Assembly: GCA_031414955.1 (NCBI GenBank)
Contig: JANOQV010000268.1
Span: 1 to 22,450 of the forward strand
Direction of reading: 5' to 3'
Source of the DNA: Pedosphaera sp.
GTDB taxonomy: Bacteria; Verrucomicrobiota; Verrucomicrobiia; Limisphaerales; SIBH01
Length of the DNA stretch: 22,450 nt
The notes under the pieces were generated by a model that searched no databases, was not told the DNA's origin, and saw only the letters and a program-made list of their open reading frames with translations. Positions within the stretch are counted from its first letter, which is position 1. Every line of letters begins with the position of its first letter. The position numbers and the translations under genes are program-made. Below are positions 1 through 5,868 of the stretch, in pieces.

Positions 1-135
1 CTCGAAATGCCGCCCGTGGCGAAGCGAGGCAAGTTCCCGGCCTTCACGAAGGAAGAGGTGGCGAAGCTGAGAGGGTGGATTGCTCAAGGCGCCGGATGGC
101 CGGAAGGCGTCAGCCTGCATGCACCCGGCCCATGA
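1..135 (+). CDS. Partial CDS (3' end): planctomycete-type cytochrome c domain protein
   Basis: Frame 1 reads LEMPPVAKRGKFPAFTKEEVAKLRGWIAQGAGWPEGVSLHAPGP*. MPP...E...LR.WI.QGA.WP is the typical C-terminus of the PSCyt1 domain. The CxxCH motif would lie outside the window. Not in the ORF track. Confidence 0.7.
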   Translation, partial: LEMPPVAKRGKFPAFTKEEVAKLRGWIAQGAGWPEGVSLHAPGP

Positions 136-509
136 GAACCCAGGCGCGAGGAACCAACCCTTGGCTTTCGCTCCGGTCGCGCCTTGCGGCCGGCGTTCCG
201 CTGGCGTTCGGCTCGGACGGCCCGATGAATCCCGGCTTGAACATCATGTTCGCCCAGATCCACCCGTCGCGGCCCGGCGAGGGCATCACCCGCGAGCAAG
301 CCGTCGAGGCTTACACGCGTGGTTCCGCCTTTGCCGAATTCGCCGAGCAGGAGAAGGGCACCCTTGCACCCGGCAAACTCGCGGACCTTGCCGTGCTCTC
401 GCAGCATATCTTCCAGGTGGCTCCTCCCGAACTGCCGAAGACCGTGAGCCTGCTGACGCTGGTCGGCGGGAAGATCGTCCATGACGGCGGCGTGTTGAAG
501 AGGGAGTGA
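132..509 (+). pseudogene. C-terminal fragment of an amidohydrolase-3 (YtcJ-like) protein
   Basis: GVPLAFGSDGP...ITREQAVEAYTRGSAFAEFAEQEKGTLAPGKLADLAVLS...LTLVGGKIVH matches the C-terminal ~110 aa of YtcJ-like amidohydrolases (normally >500 aa). The N-terminal metal-binding part is absent. ATG at 132 overlaps the upstream TGA. Confidence 0.75.
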
Positions 510-607
510 AGCGGAAGTGCATGGAAGCAATCCGCACGACTGTCTTCTTTGATTCCGATCGCTTGCAAATTCGGCTTCGTCATCCCCGGCCGCCGACAAC
601 TGCACTC

Positions 608-850
608 CCCAGCGGTGACGCTGCCAGGAGTTTCTGTCACCCAGGCCGTGCTGCTGCCAATGCGCAGGGAGGATGCCTTGTCGAATCCACTCACCCAAGC
701 CATGACCAGCACGGTGAAGTGGATGCCGTGCTTGTAGTCGGCATCAAGGCGGTAGCGGTCGAGGTTGACGGCGATGATGTCAGCGAGGGGAAGCTTCTCG
801 ACGGCAGGTTGTGAGTGGCGCGGGCCGTGGAAGATGACCGGCAGGAGCGG
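608..850 (-). pseudogene. Internal fragment of a DUF4055 / phage portal-like protein
   Basis: Minus frame reads PLLPVIFHGPRHSQPAVEKLPLADIIAVNLDRYRLDADYKHGIHFTVLVMAWVSGFDKASSLRIGSSTAWVTETPGSVTAG, resembling the DUF4055 pattern (PFVF.G...PL.D.A..NL.HYR..ADY.H..HF...P..W.SG...IGS..AW). There is an in-frame stop just upstream and no start codon for the conserved part. Confidence 0.7.
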
Positions 851-1100
851 ACGCCATTTCGTGGAACAATCTCAGCCCGCACTCGTCCAGTAACGCGTCC
901 ACCGTCCGGCTGCCCAAACAACAGAAGTTTCGGCCACCCGCAACGACAACCGAGCCTGTGCATCATTAGCCGCAATTTGCGTGGCGCAGGGCCGGGCTGA
1001 GGCACCGCCAGGAATGCTCGCGGCCCGGCACCTCTGCGTGTCGCTCGGACTCAAGCCGGAGGAGGAAAAATTTCGCTTTGGCTTCACGGCGTGAGGACGC

Positions 1101-1129
1101 TTGCCTGCACTCCGGGCTTCCCCTACAAC
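1101..1129 (+). promoter_or_regulatory. Putative sigma70 promoter of ispA (possibly leaderless)
   Basis: TTGCCT-N17-TACAAC, then 7 nt to the ATG at 1137; no Shine-Dalgarno. Confidence 0.45.
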
Positions 1130-1136
1130 CGCGCCC

Positions 1137-2063
1137 ATGTCTGTCACAGCGACTCGCGCCGGAGCACCGCGCACCGGCTCATTTGATTTGTCCCGCTATC
1201 TCGACGAGCGCACCGTCGCGGTCAATCGCGCCCTCGACAAATTGCTCCCCAAGGAACGGGTCAAGCCCGCCACCATCCACCGGGCCATGCGCTACTCCCT
1301 CTTCGCCGGTGGCAAGCGGATGCGCCCGGCGCTCACGCTGGCGGCCGCCGAGGCGTGCGGTGGCCGGATGGAGGAGGCTCTGCCGCTGGCCTGCGCGGTC
1401 GAGTGCATCCACACCTACTCGCTCATCCACGACGATTTGCCGGCGATGGACAATGACGATTTCCGCCGCGGCAAGCCCACGAACCACAAGGTGTTTGGCG
1501 AAGGCATCGCCGTGCTGGCGGGAGATGCGCTGCTGACTCAGGCCTTTGAAATCACCGCGCAGGCCCGGGGGTGGAAGCGGTACTCGCACGCCACGCTGGT
1601 GCTGGAAGTGGCGCGCGCCTCCGGTTCCCTCCAACTGATCGCGGGCCAGGTCGCCGACTTGGAAGGCGAGGGTAAAAAGATCTCGGCCGCTGAGTTAAAA
1701 TATATTCACGAGCGCAAGACTTCCGCGCTGCTCTGTTGCTCGGCGCGTCTGGGCGGCATGAGCGCGAATTGCAGCGCGGCGCAACTCAAGGCTCTGACCC
1801 AGTTCGGCTACCACGTCGGGCTGGCCTTCCAGATCATCGACGACATTCTCGACATCACCCAGACGAGCGCGCAACTCGGCAAGACCGCGGGCAAGGATAC
1901 CCAGGCGCAGAAGGCGACCTACCCGTCCATCCTCGGGTTGGAGAAGTCGCGCGCCATCGCGCAACGACTCACCCGCCAGGCGTTCCTTTCGCTCAAGGTG
2001 TTCAAGGGCCGGGCCACCGCGCTGGAGGCGCTCGCGGATTATTTGCTCCGCCGGGACAAGTAG
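1137..2063 (+). CDS. ispA: Farnesyl diphosphate synthase / geranyltranstransferase
   Basis: GGKRMRP, FARM HTYSLIHDDLPAMDNDDFRRGKPT (Tyr at -5, short-chain type), SARM FQIIDDILD, GKTAGKD, KATYP. Start placed at ATG 1137. Confidence 0.93.
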   Translation: MSVTATRAGAPRTGSFDLSRYLDERTVAVNRALDKLLPKERVKPATIHRAMRYSLFAGGKRMRPALTLAAAEACGGRMEEALPLACAVECIHTYSLIHDDLPAMDNDDFRRGKPTNHKVFGEGIAVLAGDALLTQAFEITAQARGWKRYSHATLVLEVARASGSLQLIAGQVADLEGEGKKISAAELKYIHERKTSALLCCSARLGGMSANCSAAQLKALTQFGYHVGLAFQIIDDILDITQTSAQLGKTAGKDTQAQKATYPSILGLEKSRAIAQRLTRQAFLSLKVFKGRATALEALADYLLRRDK

Positions 2064-2199
2064 CCTCGAGATCCATGACTTGTGGCCGGAGGAGAAAGAG
2101 ACACCTGGCCAAGCAGGCTCGGCCCATGCTGAGGGCGAGGTGGGACGTCGCCAGGGAGCGGCGGAGGCTGGAGCCACGCTTCCTGAGGGAAGGCTCTTA

Positions 2200-2374
2200 G
2201 AGCCGGTCTGAAAATCCAGAATCCGATGGCACCAGACCCGGACGGAGTGCGCCCGTCCCGGGCGCAGCGACGCGCGAACTGCGGCCGGCGTGGATTTTTC
2301 CAGCGCCTTCCACCTTTTCAAGCTTCTGCGCCCGCGCCGGGCGCACTCCGTCCGCCTGATTTTCAGACAGGCTC
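2200..2374. mobile_element. 175-bp MITE-like element with 17-bp terminal inverted repeats and TTA target-site duplication
   Basis: Left end GAGCCGGTCTGAAAATC (2200-2216), right end GATTTTCAGACAGGCTC (2358-2374), 16/17 complementary. TTA flanks both ends (2197-2199 and 2375-2377). No transposase encoded. Confidence 0.8.
2240..2353. repeat. GGAG-type REP-like inverted doublet nested in the MITE
   Basis: GGACGGAGTGCGCCCGTCCCGGGCGCAG (2240-2267) and CTGCGCCCGCGCCGGGCGCACTCCGTCC (2326-2353) are 26/28 complementary. Each arm has its own GCGCCCG...CGGGCGC hairpin. Confidence 0.85.
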
Positions 2375-3322
2375 TTACGGCCTGAGTTCCTCCGCCAAAC
2401 TGAGACCAATCGCCTCAGCCTCGCCCAGCGGGCCGGATCGCTCGCCCCCGACCGGCTTCTGTCCCAGAAATGAGATGGCGCGCAACCGAAGAGTGGCTCC
2501 GTCGATTTCAGCGTACGCGCCGACCGCGAGTTGACAGCCGCCGCCCAGTCCGCGCAGGAAGGCCCGCTCGGCACTCACGCATCGTTGCGTCGCAGAATCG
2601 TTGAGCGCAGCACAGACGCGTTCGAGACGCCGATCGTGCTCTCGAATCTCAATCCCGATGGCCGCCTGTCCGACGCAGGGCAACATCTCGTCGAGGGAAA
2701 TGGCTGCGGCGAGCAAGCCGCTGGGCACCTCCTCGCCCGTGATCTCCGTGGCGTTGCGCTCACGAAAATGCAACCGGGCCAGGCCGGCGGCGGCCAGAAT
2801 GGTGGCCTCAAGTTCGGGTTGCTCGGCGAGTTTGCGCAGGCGTGTGCCGACGTTGCCGCGAATGGGCACGATGTTGAGGTCGGGCCGCAAATGGAGCAGT
2901 TGCGCGCGGCGCCGTGTGCTGCTGGTCGCCACCGTGGCCCCGCGCGAGAGCGCACGGACGGGCGACGAGGCCGGGGGCAGGGCCGAAGAGCGCCGCGTGA
3001 TGAGCACATCCCGGACATCTTCGCGTGGTCCGACCGCTCCGAGCCTCAGGCCCGGGGGCAACTCCGTCGGCAAATCCTTCAGGCTGTGGACCGCGAGATC
3101 ACCCGAGCCATCGAGCAGGGCTTCCTCAATCTCTTTGGTGAATAATCCCTTGGGCAGATTCGCGCCCGCCAGCGAGGCGGTCTGGAGCTTGTCGCCGGTG
3201 GTCTTGATGATGGAAAGCTCGAAGCCTTCCCCAGGGAAGGCCGCGCGGCACTGCGCGAGAATCATGCGGGCCTGGGCCAGAGCGAGCGCGCTGCCCCGGG
3301 TGGCGATGGTGATCGGTCTCAT
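2375..3322 (-). CDS. hemC: Porphobilinogen deaminase (hydroxymethylbilane synthase)
   Basis: IATRGSALALAQ, KGLFTKEIE, DLAVHSLKDLP, TSSTRRRAQL, IRGNVGTRL, LGGGCQ (cofactor-binding Cys). Confidence 0.97.
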   Translation of the reverse strand: MRPITIATRGSALALAQARMILAQCRAAFPGEGFELSIIKTTGDKLQTASLAGANLPKGLFTKEIEEALLDGSGDLAVHSLKDLPTELPPGLRLGAVGPREDVRDVLITRRSSALPPASSPVRALSRGATVATSSTRRRAQLLHLRPDLNIVPIRGNVGTRLRKLAEQPELEATILAAAGLARLHFRERNATEITGEEVPSGLLAAAISLDEMLPCVGQAAIGIEIREHDRRLERVCAALNDSATQRCVSAERAFLRGLGGGCQLAVGAYAEIDGATLRLRAISFLGQKPVGGERSGPLGEAEAIGLSLAEELRP

Positions 3323-4374
3323 TCGTGAACCAAGGCGGGTTTGGAATCGCCGCCGCTGGCCGGGCGTCCGCCGCCCAACAATCCCTTCACTTTTTCGGCG
3401 ATGATGATCTCGCAGCGTGCCATCTCGTCCTTGCGCTGGCGCAGGTAATCAGCCGCGATGGCCTGAAGGTCATCGATGTTGTAGAGGTAAACCCCTTCCA
3501 GGAAATTCACCTCCGGCTCGATGTCGCGCGGCACCGCGATGTCGATGAGCAGCAAGGGCCGGTTCTTCCGCAGCTTTATGAGCGGTTCCAGTTTGATCCG
3601 GTCGAGGATGTAATGCGGCGCAGAGGTGCTGCTGATCACGATGTCGATGTGCGCAAACTCGCTGGCCCAGTCCTCGAAATGCACGGCGCGTCCGCCCAGT
3701 TCGGCGGCCAGCGCCACGGCGCGCTCATGCGAACGGTTGGAGACGATGACGCTGTGGGCCCCGCGCGAGAGCAGGGCGCGGGCGGCCTTCTCGCTCGTCT
3801 CGCCGGCCCCGATGACCATCACTTGATGATGGTTGAGCGTGTCGAAAATCTTTTCCGCCAGTTCCACCGCCACCGAGGCCACGGAAATGCTGCCGCGCTG
3901 GATGTTCGTCTCGGTGCGGATCTGCTTGGCCACGTTGAAGGCGCGCTGGAAGGCTTTGTTGAGCCGTGCGCCGGTGTGCCGGTGCTGGAGCGCGAGGTCG
4001 TAGGCTTTTTTCAACTGACCAAGGATTTCCGTCTCCCCCAGCACCATCGAGTCGAGGCCGCAGGCGACCTTGAAGAGGTGCTCCACGCTTTGCGGTTCGG
4101 CGACCTTGTAGATTTCGTCGTGGAGGGGTGCCCGGTAGTCGTGAGTGCGGACGAGAAAATCTTGAAGCTCGGCGCAGGCCCGGCGCGGCTCGAGCGCGGT
4201 GGCGGCGTAAATCTCCACCCGGTTGCAGGTCGAGAGAATCACCGCTTCCTCCACGAAACCAGCCTCGCGCAGGGACTGAAGCGCGGCCGGGATGCGCGCC
4301 TCGGCGAAGGCGAACTTCTCCCGCACTGGGACCGGCGACGAATGGTGGCTGAGACCGACGACGACGATGCTCAT
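3319..4374 (-). CDS. hemA: Glutamyl-tRNA reductase (short form, 351 aa)
   Basis: GLSHH..PV..RE, LSTCNRVE (catalytic Cys), GLDSMVLGETEILGQ, IGAGE NADPH site, DIAVPRDIE. ATGA overlap with hemC. Confidence 0.96.
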   Translation of the reverse strand: MSIVVVGLSHHSSPVPVREKFAFAEARIPAALQSLREAGFVEEAVILSTCNRVEIYAATALEPRRACAELQDFLVRTHDYRAPLHDEIYKVAEPQSVEHLFKVACGLDSMVLGETEILGQLKKAYDLALQHRHTGARLNKAFQRAFNVAKQIRTETNIQRGSISVASVAVELAEKIFDTLNHHQVMVIGAGETSEKAARALLSRGAHSVIVSNRSHERAVALAAELGGRAVHFEDWASEFAHIDIVISSTSAPHYILDRIKLEPLIKLRKNRPLLLIDIAVPRDIEPEVNFLEGVYLYNIDDLQAIAADYLRQRKDEMARCEIIIAEKVKGLLGGGRPASGGDSKPALVHE

Positions 4375-4375
4375 G

Positions 4376-5200
4376 TCAGGGCCGGTGCAACGGAGACATC
4401 AGACTCGAACCCCAGAAGGTGAGCAGCACAAACACGAAGGCGGCGATGGTGCCCAAGGCGAACCGTTTTCCGCCGGCCCAGTACCGCCAGCGCAGAATCA
4501 GCAGCGCGCAATAAATCGCCCAGACCAGGCAGGACCAGGCGATTTTGAAATCGGGAACGAAGGGCTTGCCCAACTGATGCATGACCACCGGGGCCAGGGC
4601 CAGCGCCCCGGTGAAAAGCACGAAGCCCACGATGAGGAGCGAGCGGATGACTTTCTCGAGCCGCTGGATGGGGGGCATGAAGGACAGCAGGGCCCGCATC
4701 TTGTGCAGCTTCAAGTTTCGTTCCTGAGTCAGATACATCAGGCCTGCCACGGCCGCCATGCCGAAGGCTCCGTACGACAAGGCGAAGAGCGCAATGTGCA
4801 GGGTCAGCCAGCCGCCGCTGAACTCGGGATGATCCAGCGTGCCTGCATCCTTGGCCTGGATGCAGAGCGCGAAGATGCTGATGGCAAAAAGCACCGGCGC
4901 GGCGAAGGCACCCAGGAAACGCAGCCGTGACCAGAGGCCGAAGACAAGGTACGCCGCCGTCATGGTCCAGGCCACGAAGAGCGTGGCCTCATAGAGATTG
5001 TGGATAGGGCAGCGATCCAAGCTGAAGCCGCGCAGAAACATTGCGGCGGTGTGCAAGGCAAACGCCGCCAGCAGCGTGAAGTAATTCAAGCTGTTGTGTT
5101 TCTGGAGGTCGCGCCGCAGCAGAAATATCGAGTAGACCGCACTGAAGCCGTAGCAGAGCACGGCGGCGGCAAACAAATTTCGATCAGTGAAACCCGACAC
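4376..5200 (-). CDS. Cytochrome c assembly protein family (CcsA/HemX-like) membrane protein
   Basis: About 8 hydrophobic segments, P..NLYEA, WLTLHIAL..LSYG, MYL.QER.LK, D.KI.WS...W.IY, terminal His. Located upstream of hemA. Start placed at GTG 5200. Confidence 0.88.
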   Translation of the reverse strand: MSGFTDRNLFAAAVLCYGFSAVYSIFLLRRDLQKHNSLNYFTLLAAFALHTAAMFLRGFSLDRCPIHNLYEATLFVAWTMTAAYLVFGLWSRLRFLGAFAAPVLFAISIFALCIQAKDAGTLDHPEFSGGWLTLHIALFALSYGAFGMAAVAGLMYLTQERNLKLHKMRALLSFMPPIQRLEKVIRSLLIVGFVLFTGALALAPVVMHQLGKPFVPDFKIAWSCLVWAIYCALLILRWRYWAGGKRFALGTIAAFVFVLLTFWGSSLMSPLHRP

Positions 5201-5207
5201 GGCGGTC

Positions 5208-5235
5208 AGACTAAACGACGACGGGGCCGGCGCAA
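5208..5235 (-). promoter_or_regulatory. Putative sigma70 promoter of the ccsA-hemA-hemC operon (possibly leaderless)
   Basis: Minus strand TTGCGC-N16-TAGTCT, then 7 nt to GTG 5200. Confidence 0.5.
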
Positions 5236-5329
5236 GCTTGCAACCGGGATTGCCACCACCTCCCAAGGGCGCGGGACCGGTTCAGAGGGCGGGACTGAAC
5301 ATTTGTTCGCGGCGTCGCGTCGCCTCCAG

Positions 5330-5358
5330 TTGATTTGCCCCGCCTCGGTTGCTAGCCT
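5330..5358 (+). promoter_or_regulatory. Putative sigma70 promoter of the cupin gene
   Basis: TTGATT-N17-TAGCCT, divergent from the hem promoter. Confidence 0.45.
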
Positions 5359-5395
5359 GGGCCGCGCTATTAATACCAATTCTCCAAAATCAAAC

Positions 5396-5851
5396 TTGGT
5401 GCCGGTCATCGTTCCTCCGGGCACGGGGCGTGTTCTGACCGCCTTTGGCGACACCCTGACGGTCAAGGTGTCCGGCGAACAAACTGGCGGAGCCTTTGCC
5501 CTTGGTGAAGCGGTGACGCCGCCGGGCGGTGGTCCGCCGCTGCATTGCCACGAGCGCGAGGATGAACTGTTCCAGGTGCTGGAAGGGCGCGTGAGTTTCT
5601 TCGCCGAGGACAAATGGTCGGAGTTTGGACCCGGTGCCGTGGTCTTCCTGCCGCGTGGTCTGCCGCACACCTTCCGCAACACCGGCCCGACCCCGGCCCG
5701 CCTGAGCGTGCTGGTCCAGCCGGCGGGCTTTGAAGTTTTCTTTGCGCGTTGCGCGACCGAGTTCAACCAGCCCGGCGGTCCCGACATGGCGCGCATCATG
5801 GCCATTGCCGACGAGCACGGCCTTCGCATCATGGGGCCGCCGCCCGCTTGA
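5396..5851 (+). CDS. Cupin domain protein (quercetin 2,3-dioxygenase-like monocupin)
   Basis: KVSGEQTGGAF, PPGGGPPLHCHEREDELFQVLEG, PRGLPHTFRN, PAGFE.FF. Start uncertain (ATT 5369, TTG 5396 or GTG 5399). Confidence 0.88.
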   Translation: MVPVIVPPGTGRVLTAFGDTLTVKVSGEQTGGAFALGEAVTPPGGGPPLHCHEREDELFQVLEGRVSFFAEDKWSEFGPGAVVFLPRGLPHTFRNTGPTPARLSVLVQPAGFEVFFARCATEFNQPGGPDMARIMAIADEHGLRIMGPPPA

Positions 5852-5868
5852 GCGGCGGGCGTAACGCC

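Noticed and set aside
860..1100. Possible ncRNA, tRNA or att site next to the phage relic
   Set aside because: Only short GC-rich stems; no cloverleaf, riboswitch consensus or direct repeat recognised.
2171..2196. Hairpin GAGCC...TTCC-TGAG-GGAA-GGCTC as terminator or second MITE end
   Set aside because: Bulged stem, no U-tract and no matching partner TIR; not supportable.
2531..4930. Plus-strand ORFs opposite hemC/hemA/ccsA
   Set aside because: Shadow frames of clearly identified minus-strand genes.
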